Assembly: GCA_052387955.1 (NCBI GenBank)
Contig: JBQTIQ010000008.1
Location: forward strand, 4,553-68,552
Source of the DNA: Acidimicrobiia bacterium
GTDB taxonomy: Bacteria; Actinomycetota; Acidimicrobiia; Acidimicrobiales; JACDCH01
DNA length: 64,000 nt
Reading direction: 5' to 3'
In this document: piece by piece, positions 1 through 11,608 of the stretch
How the letters are laid out: the number at the start of each line of letters is the position of its first letter
Position numbering within the stretch: position 1 is the stretch's first letter
Translations under genes and position numbers: made by a program
The notes under the pieces: generated by a model
What the model saw: the letters and a program-made list of their open reading frames with translations, nothing else
Databases searched by the model: none
What the model was told of the DNA's origin: nothing

Positions 1-825
1 GACGTAGGGGACCTCGCCGGTCGACGCGAAGCGCCGTACCCGGTTGCGATGGGTGTGGCCGGCGAAGTAGCCGGCGATGGCCTTCCGTCGGGCGATCACG
101 TCGACGAGGCCTTCCGAGCTGTCGGGGTCGATGCCGAAGTACCCCGGCTCCCGTGCCGCCGCCCCCGGGTCCCAGGGGTGGTGGTGGCCCATGACCAGCA
201 TCGGCACACCGTCACGGCCGGCGTCGGCGGCGGCGTCGTCGAGCCAGGCGAGCTGCTCGCCGGTCAGCTGTCCCGACGGCCGGCCTTCGAGCGAGGTGTC
301 GAGCACGGCCAACCGCAGCCCCGATAGCTCGACCAGCTGGACCGGCCACGCGGCGAACGACATCCCCGGTTTGGCGTCGTGGTTGCCGCGCACGTGCACC
401 AGGCGGTCACCGAAGGCGGTCCCGTAGAAGTCGAGGAACCGGTCGTACTCGGCCGGGGCCCCGACGCTGGTCAGGTCGCCCTTCACCACGACGGCGCCAG
501 GGCCGAGCGTCGTCATCTCGGCGATGGCGCAACGGTTCATCAGCTCCGGGTAGGGCTCCTCGCCGGGGCCGACCGTGTAGGCCGGTCCCAGGTCCATGCC
601 CTCGATGACGCCGCATTCGGTCTCGCCGAAATGGACGTCGTTGGTGGTGGCCACCCGGCTCAGCAACTCGCCGCCGGGGCGGAGCAGCGTCCGGAAGGCC
701 AGGCCGTCGTAGCAGTACTCGGTCCCGGGAGCAAGGCCCTCGTAGCGGCGGGCGCCGGTCCCGGCGAAAGCGACGGCCCCGTCGTCTGACACGGTGGTCA
801 GCTCCCAGTGGGCCTCTGCGGTCAT
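1..825 (-). CDS. metallophosphoesterase (calcineurin-like), runs off the window edge
   Basis: Manual translation from ATG at 825: MTAEAHWELTTV...TNDVHFG...VKGDLT...VRGNHD, matching the DxH/GD/GNHD metal motifs; ATGA overlap with the upstream gene. Confidence 0.8.
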   Translation of the reverse strand, partial: MTAEAHWELTTVSDDGAVAFAGTGARRYEGLAPGTEYCYDGLAFRTLLRPGGELLSRVATTNDVHFGETECGVIEGMDLGPAYTVGPGEEPYPELMNRCAIAEMTTLGPGAVVVKGDLTSVGAPAEYDRFLDFYGTAFGDRLVHVRGNHDAKPGMSFAAWPVQLVELSGLRLAVLDTSLEGRPSGQLTGEQLAWLDDAAADAGRDGVPMLVMGHHHPWDPGAAAREPGYFGIDPDSSEGLVDVIARRKAIAGYFAGHTHRNRVRRFASTGEVPYV

Positions 826-1001
826 AGAGGGCGGTCGCGCCTCACCGGTATGGGCTTCGACCACCACCGGCCCGAGAACCGCCATCGCGACACCGTCTCG
901 GGCACGGTGGCGGCGTCCGCCGGGCGGGGCCAGAGGACTTCGACCGCAGCCATGATCGCGGCCAGCTCGTCGTCGGTGGGCCCGGCCCCGGTACCGGTCA
1001 C
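822..1001 (-). CDS. acyl-CoA carboxylase epsilon subunit
   Basis: 59 aa with PTDDELAAIMAAV...SRWRFSGRW; GTGA overlap with the carboxyltransferase stop. Confidence 0.75.
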   Translation of the reverse strand: MTGTGAGPTDDELAAIMAAVEVLWPRPADAATVPETVSRWRFSGRWWSKPIPVRRDRPL

Positions 1002-2548
1002 AACGGCGAGTTGCCGTGCTTGCGGGCCGGGAGCTCCTCGCGCTTGGAGCGCAGCAGGTCGAAGCCGGCGATGACCTTGGCCCTGGTCTCGGCCGGGTCG
1101 ATGACGTCGTCCACGAAGCCGCGCTCGGCGGCGGCGTAGGGGTTGGCGAAACGTTCCGTGTACTCCTCGACCAGTTCCGCCTTGCGGGCGACCGGGTCGC
1201 GGGCCGACTGCAGCTCGCGCCGGTACACGATCTCGACCGCACCCTGGGGGCCCATAACCGCCAGCTCGGCCGACGGCCAGGCATAGGCGAGGTCGGCGCC
1301 GATCGACTTTGAGTTCATGACCACGTAGGCGCCGCCGTAGGCCTTGCGGACGACGATCTGGATGCGGGGGACGGTCGCCTCGCAGTAGGCGTAGAGCAGC
1401 TTCGCCCCGTGGCGGATGATGCCGCCGTGCTCCTGGTCGACGCCGGGAAGGAAGCCCGGCACGTCGACGAAGGTGAGCAGGGGCACGTTGAAGGCGTCGC
1501 AGGTACGCACGAACCGGGCCGCCTTCTCCGACGACTCGATGTCGAGCACCCCGGCCAGGTGCATGGGCTGGTTGCCGACGATCCCGACCGGGTGCCCGTC
1601 GAGGCGGGCGAAGGCGCACACGATGTTGGGAGCCCACCGGCCGGCGTACTCGAAGTACTCGCCGTCGTCCACCACCGAGGCGATGACGGCATGCATGTCG
1701 TAGGGCTGGTTGGGCGACGCCGGGACGAGCTCGATCAGCTCGGGGCACCGGCGCTCGGGGTCGTCCTCAGCGGCAAAGGCGGGCGGCGGCTCGAGGTTGT
1801 TGGCGGGGAGGAACGACAGCAGGTAGCGCACGTCGTCCAGGCAGGCCCGGTCGTCGGCGGAGGTGAAGTGGCACACCCCTGACTTCGAGGCGTGGGCCAG
1901 GGCACCACCGAGGTCCTGCTGGGTGACCTCCTCGCCGGTGACGGTCTTCACCACGTCGGGCCCGGTGATGAACATGTACGACGTTTCCTCGACCATGAAC
2001 ACGAAGTCGGTCATGGCCGGCGAGTACACCGCCCCACCGGCACAGGGCCCCATGATCACGCTGATCTGGGGGATCACGCCCGACGACCTCACGTTGCGGA
2101 AGAAGATCCCGCCGTAGCTGTCGAGGCTGACCACCCCCTCCTGGATGCGGGCGCCGGCGCCGTCGTTGAGGCCGATGACCGGCGCCCCGACCTTGAGGGC
2201 CAGGTCCATGAGCTTGTGGATCTTCTCGGCGAATACCTCGCCGAGGGCGCCACCGAAGATCGTGAAGTCCTGGGCGAACACGAAGACCTTGCGGCCCTCG
2301 ACGGTGCCCCACCCGGTGATGACGCCGTCAGTGTAGGGCCGCTGGGGGGCATCGGCGCTGCGGGTCCGCACCAGCAGGTCGAGCTCGTGGAACGAGCCGT
2401 CGTCGAGGAGGTACTCGACCCGCTCCCGGGCCAGCATCTTGCCTCGCTCGTGCTGACGCTGCACCGCCCGTTCGGAGCCGGCGTGGTACGCCTCTTCCCG
2501 CCGTTTGGTGAGCTGCTCGAGCCGCTCGCTCAGGGACTCTTGGGCCAT
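998..2548 (-). CDS. pccB: acyl-CoA (propionyl-CoA) carboxylase carboxyltransferase beta subunit
   Basis: GARIQEG, GPCAGGAVYSPAMTD and DVPGFLPG motifs; start MAQESL. Confidence 0.92.
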   Translation of the reverse strand: MAQESLSERLEQLTKRREEAYHAGSERAVQRQHERGKMLARERVEYLLDDGSFHELDLLVRTRSADAPQRPYTDGVITGWGTVEGRKVFVFAQDFTIFGGALGEVFAEKIHKLMDLALKVGAPVIGLNDGAGARIQEGVVSLDSYGGIFFRNVRSSGVIPQISVIMGPCAGGAVYSPAMTDFVFMVEETSYMFITGPDVVKTVTGEEVTQQDLGGALAHASKSGVCHFTSADDRACLDDVRYLLSFLPANNLEPPPAFAAEDDPERRCPELIELVPASPNQPYDMHAVIASVVDDGEYFEYAGRWAPNIVCAFARLDGHPVGIVGNQPMHLAGVLDIESSEKAARFVRTCDAFNVPLLTFVDVPGFLPGVDQEHGGIIRHGAKLLYAYCEATVPRIQIVVRKAYGGAYVVMNSKSIGADLAYAWPSAELAVMGPQGAVEIVYRRELQSARDPVARKAELVEEYTERFANPYAAAERGFVDDVIDPAETRAKVIAGFDLLRSKREELPARKHGNSPL

Positions 2549-2606
2549 GATCGGCCCACGGTAGCGGCGGGCCCGGTCGGTCTCCCAGCGCGTAGCGTTC
2601 GCGTCG

Positions 2607-3716
2607 ATGCTGCTGCCATTGATGCCCCCGGTACGGCCCATGCTGTCCAAGGCCGTCGACGGCCTCGACGACCTCCCGGCCGGCGCTGACCTGGTGTTCG
2701 AACCCAAGTGGGACGGGTTCCGCTGCATCGCCTTCCGCGACGGGGACGAGGTCGAGCTGGGGTCGCGCAACGAGCGCCCGCTGACCCGCTACTTCCCCGA
2801 CGTGGTCGAGGCGCTACGGCTCCAGCTCCCGTCCCGGGTGGTGGTCGACGGCGAGATCGTGGTCGTCGGCCAGAGTGGGCTCGACTTCGATGCCCTGCTG
2901 CAGCGCATCCACCCGGCCGCGTCACGGGTGGAACGGCTGGCGGTGCAGACACCGGCGTCGTTCATCGCCTTCGACCTGTTGGCCCTCGGGGACAGCGAAC
3001 TGACCGGCCTGCCCTTCCACCAACGGCGGGCCGAGCTCGAGACCGCACTCGCCGGCGTAGGCCCGCCGGTCCACCTCACCCCGGCCACCCGGTCGCGGGA
3101 CCAGGCCGCCGACTGGTTCACCCGCTTCGAGGGCGCTGGCCTCGACGGGGTCATGGCCAAGCCGACCGAGCTCACCTACCAACCCGACAAGCGGGTGATG
3201 TACAAGGTCAAGCACCATCGCACCGCCGACTGTGCCGTCGCCGGCTTCCGGTGGCACAAGTCGGGCGACGGGGTCGGCTCGTTCCTGCTCGGCCTCTACG
3301 ACCAGGACGGCACGTTGCACCATGTCGGCGTGGCGTCGTCGTTCTCGGCCAAGCTGCGCCGAACCCTGGCCGAGGAGGTCGAACCGCTGCGGGCCGGCGC
3401 CCTCGACGGCCACCCCTGGCGGGAGTGGGCCGAGGTCATGGCCCACGAGGCCCAGCGCCTGCCGGGAGCGCAGAGCCGTTGGAACGCGGGCAAGGACCTG
3501 TCGTGGGAACCGCTGCGGGTCGAACGGGTGGCCGAGGTGGCCTTCGAGCAGCTGCAGCACGTCGCCTCGCCGGGAGGCCATGGCGGGCGCCGCTTCCGCC
3601 ATTCGTCGCGTTTCCGGCGCTGGCGCCCCGACCGTGACCCCGCTTCGTGCACCTACGACCAGCTCGACGTCGCCGTCCCCTTCGAGCTCGCCCAGGTCTT
3701 CGGCGCGGGCCGGTGA
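2607..3716 (+). CDS. ligC: ATP-dependent DNA ligase, LigC type
   Basis: EPKWDGFR adenylation motif, DGEIV, DGVMAK, KVKH, RFRH..RWRPD. Confidence 0.9.
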   Translation: MLLPLMPPVRPMLSKAVDGLDDLPAGADLVFEPKWDGFRCIAFRDGDEVELGSRNERPLTRYFPDVVEALRLQLPSRVVVDGEIVVVGQSGLDFDALLQRIHPAASRVERLAVQTPASFIAFDLLALGDSELTGLPFHQRRAELETALAGVGPPVHLTPATRSRDQAADWFTRFEGAGLDGVMAKPTELTYQPDKRVMYKVKHHRTADCAVAGFRWHKSGDGVGSFLLGLYDQDGTLHHVGVASSFSAKLRRTLAEEVEPLRAGALDGHPWREWAEVMAHEAQRLPGAQSRWNAGKDLSWEPLRVERVAEVAFEQLQHVASPGGHGGRRFRHSSRFRRWRPDRDPASCTYDQLDVAVPFELAQVFGAGR

Positions 3717-3822
3717 GCGAGCTTGCGAGCGAATCAGCCAGCACCGCGTTCCTCGCTCATCGGTTGCCGAGCGCGCGATGCGGTTGCGGTCGTCACGGGC
3801 GCCAGGTCTTGAAGGGGAGCCG

Positions 3823-4833
3823 ATGAGCCGGGGCGAGGTGACCATCGAGGCCGATGGCCGCGAGGTCCGCATCACTAGCCCCGACAAGGTGTTCTTCCCC
3901 CGGGGGGGTGAGACGAAGCTCGACCTGGTGCGCTACTACCAGGCCGTCGGCGTACCGTTGATGGAGGCCATGGGCGGCCGGCCGACGCTGCTGCAACGCT
4001 TCCCCGACGGGGCCACCGGCAAATCGTTCTTCCAGAAACGGGTGCCCGCCGGCGTACCCGACTGGTTGCAGACAGCCGAGGTGAGCACCCCCAACGGCAC
4101 CACCAGCAACGCCTTGGTGGCGGCCGACGTCGCCCACGTCCTGTGGGCCGTCAACCTCGGCTGCCTCGGCTTTCACGTGTGGCCCTGCAAGGCCGCCGAC
4201 GCCGAGCACAGCGACGAGCTGCGCATCGACCTCGACCCGTCGCCGGGCGTCGTCTTCGACCAGGTGCGCGAAGCAGCCCGTGAGGTCGAGCGGCTCTTCG
4301 GCGAGGTCGGCGTCGCCTCCTACGTCAAGACCACCGGCAACCGGGGCCTCCACGTGTACGTACGCCTGCAGCCCGAATGGGACTCGTACCAGGTCCGGGC
4401 CGGGGCCGTGGCCGTCGCCCGCGAGCTCGAGCGGCGCCGGCCCGACCTGATCACGGCGGCGTGGTGGAAGGAGGACCGGGGCACCCGGGTGTTCGTCGAC
4501 TTCAACCAGAACGCCCCTCACAAGACCGTGTTCGGGGCCTGGTGCGTGCGCGCCCGTACCGGCGGGCAGGTCTCCACCCCGCTCGACTGGGACGAGGTCG
4601 ACTCGGTCCAGCCCGACGAGCTCACCCTGAGCACGGTGCCGGCCCGGTTGGCCGAGGCCGGCAACCCGTGGGCCGACATGAACGCCGACCCCCAGTCGCT
4701 CGAGGCCCTGCTCGACATGTCGGCGCGAGACATGGCCAGCGGCCTCATGGACGCCCCGTGGCCACCGGTCTATCCCAAGCAGCCCAACGAGCCCCCTCGG
4801 GTCTCCCAGAGCCGAGCCAAGAAGGCCCCGTAG
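3823..4833 (+). CDS. LigD-polymerase-domain / Prim-PolC primase-polymerase
   Basis: TKLDLVRYY, RFPDG, FFQK, DLDP, KTTGNRGLH, VFVDFNQNA; RBS gaagggga before the ATG. Confidence 0.88.
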   Translation: MSRGEVTIEADGREVRITSPDKVFFPRGGETKLDLVRYYQAVGVPLMEAMGGRPTLLQRFPDGATGKSFFQKRVPAGVPDWLQTAEVSTPNGTTSNALVAADVAHVLWAVNLGCLGFHVWPCKAADAEHSDELRIDLDPSPGVVFDQVREAAREVERLFGEVGVASYVKTTGNRGLHVYVRLQPEWDSYQVRAGAVAVARELERRRPDLITAAWWKEDRGTRVFVDFNQNAPHKTVFGAWCVRARTGGQVSTPLDWDEVDSVQPDELTLSTVPARLAEAGNPWADMNADPQSLEALLDMSARDMASGLMDAPWPPVYPKQPNEPPRVSQSRAKKAP

Positions 4834-4897
4834 CCAGCGGGGGGCTGCGCCCCCCGGCCCCCGTCGCCGCCCGGCTCCCTGGCGGTCGCTCGGTCGG
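4831..4897 (+). repeat. intergenic repeat family A copy
   Basis: ggggctgcgcccc hairpin plus cgccgcccggctccctggcg tail. Confidence 0.7.
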
Positions 4898-4978
4898 CAT
4901 CTGCTCGGTCCCGGGACTTGTCCGACCGTCGAGCTTTCTCGGGACCGAGCAGATCTAGAGGCGTCGAGGCCGTCGGCG

Positions 4979-5863
4979 TCAGCGCTTCCGGCGCTCGGCC
5001 AGGCGGATCGCCCGTTCGGCCAGGCCGAGGGCATCGAGCTCCCGGCAGACATCGACGAAGTCGGGGGTGGGGCCGGTCCAGCACAGCTCGTCCACCGACT
5101 CCATCACCTCCTCGTCGACCTCGAGTGTGGCGACTCGGCGAAAGAGCAGGGCGAGGGCGAAGTCGGCCTTGAGCCGGGCCGCCAGCCGACCCTGGTTGCG
5201 CACCCCGACGCCGTCCCAGCCGCCGCCGTCGAGGGGTACCGACTCGAGGTGGCCGTAGCGGGCGAGAAGGCCGGCCGCCGACTTCGAGCCGAAACCAGCA
5301 AGGCCCGGGAACCCGTCGGCGCTGTCGCCCACCAGGGCGAGGTAGTCGGGGATCGACTCGGGGTCGACACCGAACTTCTCGCGCACGCCAGCGGCGTCGT
5401 AGACCAGGTCACGGCGGCGGTCCCATTGGACCACCTTGCCGCCGACGCACTGGCCCAGGTCCTTGTCGGGGGTGCAGATCAGCACCCGGTCGACGCGGGG
5501 GTCGGCGGCCGCCACCCGGGCCGCGGCGCCGAGGGCGTCGTCGGCTTCCAGGTCGACCATCGGCCAGGTGCGGATGCCGGCGGCGACGAGGGCGTCCTCG
5601 AGCGGGCCGAACTGGGCCAGGAGGTCGGGGGGCATACCGGCCGAGGTCTTGTAGCCGGGCCACAGGTCGTTGCGGAACGACTCGATCACATGATCGGTGG
5701 CGACCCCCACGTGGGTGGCCCCGCCCTCGAGCAGCCCGAGGACCGAGCCGACGACGCCTCGCACCGCGCCCCGCACCGGGTCACGGTTGTTGGGGGCGAA
5801 GTGGTACCGGAAGAGCTCGTAGGTCCCGTCGACCAGATGGACCTCGAAGGACATGAGCGCCAT
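4979..5863 (-). CDS. 5'-3' exonuclease / flap endonuclease (FenA-like)
   Basis: LVDGTYELFR, FRNDLWPGYK, EADD, DKDLGQ, LVGDSADGFPG. Confidence 0.88.
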   Translation of the reverse strand: MALMSFEVHLVDGTYELFRYHFAPNNRDPVRGAVRGVVGSVLGLLEGGATHVGVATDHVIESFRNDLWPGYKTSAGMPPDLLAQFGPLEDALVAAGIRTWPMVDLEADDALGAAARVAAADPRVDRVLICTPDKDLGQCVGGKVVQWDRRRDLVYDAAGVREKFGVDPESIPDYLALVGDSADGFPGLAGFGSKSAAGLLARYGHLESVPLDGGGWDGVGVRNQGRLAARLKADFALALLFRRVATLEVDEEVMESVDELCWTGPTPDFVDVCRELDALGLAERAIRLAERRKR

Positions 5864-5940
5864 CCTCGCATCCCCCGTCGGGGGTGGGGCGCGGGGTTCG
5901 GCCGCCCGGTCCGCGCCTGTCGTCGTGGTCGGCGTCGGCG

Positions 5941-6639
5941 TCACCCGCCGACGAGGCCGAGTACCTGCTGAGCCGTTGCCGGCCCGTCGTGGACGATCTC
6001 GCCGTCGCGGAGGGCAATGCAGCGGTCGACCCGTTCGACGTAGCCGGGGTCGTGGGTGGCGACGACCACGGCGGCGCCGGCGTCGTGGGCCTCGTCGAGC
6101 AGGCCGAGGAGGGCCGCCTTCCCGCCGGCGTCGAGGCCGACGAAGGGCTCGTCCACCAGCAGCAGCTCGTAGGGGCGCACCAGCCCGAGGGCGATGGACG
6201 TCTTCTGGCGCAGGCCCCGGCTGAACCGGGCGGGCAGGTCGTCGGCTCGCGGCGCGAGCCCCAGCCGCTCGAGAAGGCGGTCCATCTCTTCGACGGTGGC
6301 GTCCACGCCGTGGAGGGCGGCGACGTAGCCGAGGTGCTCACGGACGCTGAGGTCGTCGTAGAGCACGGGGTCATCGGGGATGAAGCTCAACGCGGCGCGC
6401 GCCGGCGACGTTCCGGCGGGGGCGCCGGCGATCCAGATGGCGCCATCGGTCAGCTCCAACAGGCCCGAGGCCAGGCGCAGGAGCGTCGACTTGCCCGAAC
6501 CGTTGTGGCCCACCAGCGCCACCCGTTCCGCCGGTGCGATCTCGAGGTCGAGCGGCGCCAGGGCCACGAGGTCGGCGTAGGCCTTGGTCGCGTCGCGGGC
6601 GACGAGCACGGCCGGGTCGGCGTCGTCACGGCCCGTCAT
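5941..6639 (-). CDS. ABC transporter ATP-binding protein
   Basis: GHNGSGKST, FSRGLRQK, LLVDEP, H-loop. Confidence 0.9.
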   Translation of the reverse strand: MTGRDDADPAVLVARDATKAYADLVALAPLDLEIAPAERVALVGHNGSGKSTLLRLASGLLELTDGAIWIAGAPAGTSPARAALSFIPDDPVLYDDLSVREHLGYVAALHGVDATVEEMDRLLERLGLAPRADDLPARFSRGLRQKTSIALGLVRPYELLLVDEPFVGLDAGGKAALLGLLDEAHDAGAAVVVATHDPGYVERVDRCIALRDGEIVHDGPATAQQVLGLVGG

Positions 6640-8290
6640 CGGTGCTCCCCGTCTTGGACTCCCGGGCGTTCATGGCGGCGTCCATCTGCTCGGTCCACCA
6701 CCGGTGAAGGTTCTCGCGCTGGCGGGCCCACCCGGCGGTGAGGGCGAACAGCACCACCACGCCGATGGCGGCGGCGCCGGCGGCGCCGGCCGGCGGCCGT
6801 CCCGACTCGTGGGCGGCCCGGCCGGCGAGCACCGGCAGCACGCCGACGACGGCCAGGGCCGGCGGCCAGATGCTGCGGAACGCCAGCCGGATACCCGCCA
6901 CCTCGGGGGGTAGGACGCTCCAGGAACCCGAGCCCATGTTGGCCGGGCCCCCGCCGAGCACGCTGGCCAGCGCCCCGCTCACGGCGCCCAACGCGGCGGG
7001 AACGACGGCCACCGCGGCGACGCCGACGGCCCCTGCCGACGGCTCGACCGCCACCGCCACGCCGGCCCCCATGGCCGCCACCACCACCATGGCCGTGACC
7101 GGCAGGGGCACGTGGCGCAGATGGACGTAGCCGGACTCGACCGGCGCCGAGTCGAGCCGGGTGGGGTGGTCGATCTCCTGGGCCAGCGGTTCGACGGCGT
7201 CGAGGGCGGCCAGGAAGAGGGCGATGCCGGCCACCGCCAGCATCGGGGTGGTGCCGGCCCAGGCGGCCCGGGCCGACAGACCGGCCACCACCGCCAGGAT
7301 CACCAGCCGGGCCAGCCGGGCCGCCGGCCACCGGGCAACTCCCCTCAGGCCCCGGGACCAGACCGGCCACCGGCCGGGGCCTTGTCGCCTCGACCGGGCC
7401 CAGGGGCGCAGGCGGGGGAGCTCCATGGCAAGCTGGCGGCGCAGCACCAGCACCGTGCGCAGGTCCTGCAGCGTGGCCGCGAACCTCAGTTGGCCGACCA
7501 GCCTCGACCGCCGCTCGGCCGCCTCGACGGACAGGTCGCCCACCCGCACGAGGCCTCCGGCCAGCATCACCCCGGCGACCGCCACTGCGGCCAGCCCGAC
7601 GGGCTCGAACGACAGGGCCCACAGCCCGATGGTGCCCACGGCCGTGAACGGGGCCCAGCCGACCCAGCCGACGGCGTCACCGATCGACCAGGCCACGACG
7701 GCCAGGGCCACGACCGTCGCGGCCCATGAGCGCACCCGCAGCGCGGAGACGGCCAGCGCGGCGCCGTAGGCGCCGGCCACCGCCGCGATCGCATAGAGGG
7801 TGCCGCCGAGGATCAGGCCCGCGCTGCTCACCGGGAGCCGCCGGCCGGCCAGCTCGCCGCTCGCCGCGCCCACGATGGCGGCCACGAAGAGCAGGAAACG
7901 CAGCTGGCGTAGGACCGGGCCTCGCAACGCGGTGGTGCGGTCGACGGGGGCCATCAGCACGTGGCGCACCTCGGCCCGTTCCAGGGCCAGGGGCCCGCCC
8001 CGGCTGCCCGAACGCAGGCCGATGGCGAACACCGCCGCCGCCGCGACCCCGAGCCAGGCCGCCCCCTGTGCCCGGACGTCATCGAGCTCGGCGCCGCCCA
8101 GCGGGGAGTCGCCGATCGCCCCGGCGACCACGAAGGCCCCGACCACGGCCAGCAAGGCGGTCAGGTACGCCTTGTAGAGGGCGTCCACCCAGTGGACGTC
8201 GGCCGTCCGCTGCTGGCGCCGGAACCGGCGCCATTCGCCCAGGGCGTGCTCGAGGTCGGCGTCGGGGGCCGCGGAGAACACGCTCATCAT
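6626..8290 (-). CDS. multi-pass membrane protein, probable ABC exporter permease
   Basis: Many hydrophobic segments; overlaps the ABC ATPase start; start codon uncertain. Confidence 0.7.
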   Translation of the reverse strand: MMSVFSAAPDADLEHALGEWRRFRRQQRTADVHWVDALYKAYLTALLAVVGAFVVAGAIGDSPLGGAELDDVRAQGAAWLGVAAAAVFAIGLRSGSRGGPLALERAEVRHVLMAPVDRTTALRGPVLRQLRFLLFVAAIVGAASGELAGRRLPVSSAGLILGGTLYAIAAVAGAYGAALAVSALRVRSWAATVVALAVVAWSIGDAVGWVGWAPFTAVGTIGLWALSFEPVGLAAVAVAGVMLAGGLVRVGDLSVEAAERRSRLVGQLRFAATLQDLRTVLVLRRQLAMELPRLRPWARSRRQGPGRWPVWSRGLRGVARWPAARLARLVILAVVAGLSARAAWAGTTPMLAVAGIALFLAALDAVEPLAQEIDHPTRLDSAPVESGYVHLRHVPLPVTAMVVVAAMGAGVAVAVEPSAGAVGVAAVAVVPAALGAVSGALASVLGGGPANMGSGSWSVLPPEVAGIRLAFRSIWPPALAVVGVLPVLAGRAAHESGRPPAGAAGAAAIGVVVLFALTAGWARQRENLHRWWTEQMDAAMNARESKTGSTDDGP

Positions 8291-8340
8291 GATGCCGGTC
8301 CCGGCCCGCCCGATCTGACCGGGAGGTGGTGGCCCGTCGT

Positions 8341-8811
8341 CTACTCCTGTACCAGCTCGATGAGCGTGCCGAAGGCCGAGCGGGGATGGACGAAGGCGAC
8401 GGTGGTGCCCCGGGACCCGGGCCGAGGGGCCTGGTCGATGGTCTGGCCGCCCTGGGCCTGGAAGGCGTGGAGGGCGACGGCGCAGTCGCGCACCCGGTAG
8501 CCGACGTGGTGCAGCCCTTCCCCCCGCTTCTCCAGGAACTTCGCCACCGGCGAATCGTCCCGGGTTGGGGTCAGGAGCTGGACGTAGCTCTCCGCCACCC
8601 GCAGGAGGGCCTCCTCGACGCCATCGCTCTCGACCACCTCGCGGTGCTCGACGAGGGCACCGAACGCCTCCCGGTAGAAGTCGATGGCGGCGCCGAGATC
8701 TTTGACCGCGATGGCGACGTGGTCGATCTCGGTGAGCAGCGGGCCCGACTCGGCGCTGACGTTCTGCTGGGCCAGGTCGGCCTGACGGGGGTTGGGGGCG
8801 GACAACGGCAT
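8341..8811 (-). CDS. mce: methylmalonyl-/ethylmalonyl-CoA epimerase
   Basis: IDHVAIAV, KFLEKRGEGLHHV, VAFVHP..GTLIELVQE. Confidence 0.9.
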   Translation of the reverse strand: MPLSAPNPRQADLAQQNVSAESGPLLTEIDHVAIAVKDLGAAIDFYREAFGALVEHREVVESDGVEEALLRVAESYVQLLTPTRDDSPVAKFLEKRGEGLHHVGYRVRDCAVALHAFQAQGGQTIDQAPRPGSRGTTVAFVHPRSAFGTLIELVQE

Positions 8812-8854
8812 GACGTCGAGCGTGCCCGATCGCGGCGGGCGACGCCAACCGCGC

Positions 8855-10195
8855 TCAGGCGCTGGAACGGCGGAACAGCGTGATGCGGTCCTCGCCCACC
8901 TTGTCGCGCCATTCGGGGTCGTCGATGCCGAGGCCCTCCTGGGGGGCGAGGCACAGCACCCCGATCTTGCCCTCGTGGCGGTTGTGGTGCACCGACCAGG
9001 CCGCCTCGCCCACATCCTCGAGGGGGTGGACGTCGGAGAGGATGGGCTGGATCATCCCCTTCTGGATCAGCCGGTTCGCTTCCCATGCCTCGCGGTAGTT
9101 GGCGAAATGGGAGGACTTGATCGTCTTGAGCTTCATCCAGAGATGGCGGTTGTCGTACTCGATCATGTAGCCCGACGTCGCCGCGCAGGTCACGATGGTG
9201 CCGCCGCGGGCACAGACGAACACCGAAGCGCCCATCGTCTGGCGGCCGGGGTGCTCGAAGACGATGGCCGGGTCCTCACCGACCAGGGCCCGTACCTCCT
9301 TGCCGAAGCGGCGCCACTCGGTCTCGTCCTGGGTGTGGGGCCCCGACCAGAACCGGTACCCGCCCTCCCGTCGGTCGATGACCGCTTCGCAGCCCAACCG
9401 GTGCAGCAGGTCGGCTTTGTCGGGCGAGCTGACCACTCCGACCGGGATGCCGCCGCCGTTGAGCACGTACTGCACCGCGTACCCGCCGAGCCCGCCGCTC
9501 GCCCCCCAGATGAGCACCACGTCGCCCTGCCTCATGTGGGCCCCGTTGCGTGTCACCAGCATCCGGTACGAGGTCGAGTTGCACAGCGCGTTGCAGGCCG
9601 CCTCCTCCCAGCTGAGGTGGGTGGGCTTGGGCATGAGCTGGTTGGCCTTGACCACGGTCAGGTCGGAGAGGCCGCCGAAGTTCGACTCGAAGCCCCAGAT
9701 GCGCTGGTTGGCGCCCAACATCGAGTCGTCGTGGGCCGAGGGGTCCTGGTCGTCGACGTGGTTGCAGTGCACGACGACCCGGTCGCCCGGTCTCCAGTTC
9801 CGCACCGCGGAGCCGACCCGGAGCACGACCCCCGAGGCGTCCGATCCGACCACGTGGTACGGCAGCGAATGCCGTGCCCCCCAGACCGACTCCCTGGCCA
9901 GCCGGTCGAGGAACAAGAACGTGGGGAGCGGCTCGAAGATGGACGTCCACACCGTGTTGAAGTTGATGGCCGAGGCCATCACCGCCACGTAGGCCTCGTC
10001 CGGTGCCAGCTCAGGGGTGGCTACATCGTCGACGTGCAGCGACTTCCGGGGGTCCTTGTCGACCGAGTCGAGGCCCTCGAAAAGGGTGATCTCGTCGCGC
10101 CGTACGTGCGCCGCCCGGTAGTGGTCGGGGATGGGCAGGGCCCCGAGCTCGGCGCGAGGGGCGCCGGCCAGGATGGCGTCACGGATGTCCTCCAC
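8855..10195 (-). CDS. ccrA: crotonyl-CoA carboxylase/reductase
   Basis: VMASAINFNTVW, YHVVGSDASGVV, IWGFESNFGG, GASGGLG, CAATSGY, SHFANY. Confidence 0.93.
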   Translation of the reverse strand: MEDIRDAILAGAPRAELGALPIPDHYRAAHVRRDEITLFEGLDSVDKDPRKSLHVDDVATPELAPDEAYVAVMASAINFNTVWTSIFEPLPTFLFLDRLARESVWGARHSLPYHVVGSDASGVVLRVGSAVRNWRPGDRVVVHCNHVDDQDPSAHDDSMLGANQRIWGFESNFGGLSDLTVVKANQLMPKPTHLSWEEAACNALCNSTSYRMLVTRNGAHMRQGDVVLIWGASGGLGGYAVQYVLNGGGIPVGVVSSPDKADLLHRLGCEAVIDRREGGYRFWSGPHTQDETEWRRFGKEVRALVGEDPAIVFEHPGRQTMGASVFVCARGGTIVTCAATSGYMIEYDNRHLWMKLKTIKSSHFANYREAWEANRLIQKGMIQPILSDVHPLEDVGEAAWSVHHNRHEGKIGVLCLAPQEGLGIDDPEWRDKVGEDRITLFRRSSA

Positions 10196-10311
10196 GGCAC
10201 AACGCTACTTGGCGGCTACCCGGGCCCCGACCGGTACGCTCCAGCGACGGGGCGCGCCTCCCAAGACGGCACCCCCGGTCCCCGCTCCGTCGTCCCTCCT
10301 GGAGGTCCCTC

Positions 10312-11496
<1,185 letters not shown>

Positions 11497-11608
11497 GGCG
11501 CGCTAGGGTCGTACCGGCATCACCGGCGAAGGCCGGGAAAAGATTTCTGGCAATGGTGTTTGGCCCCCCGGAGGCATGGGGTACCGGAGAGATCAATCCC
11601 CGGAGGGG

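Noticed and set aside
3715-3795. gagcgagcttgcgagcgaatc element between ligC and the Prim-Pol gene
   Set aside because: Looks REP-like, but only one copy is in this window, so it cannot be supported as a family
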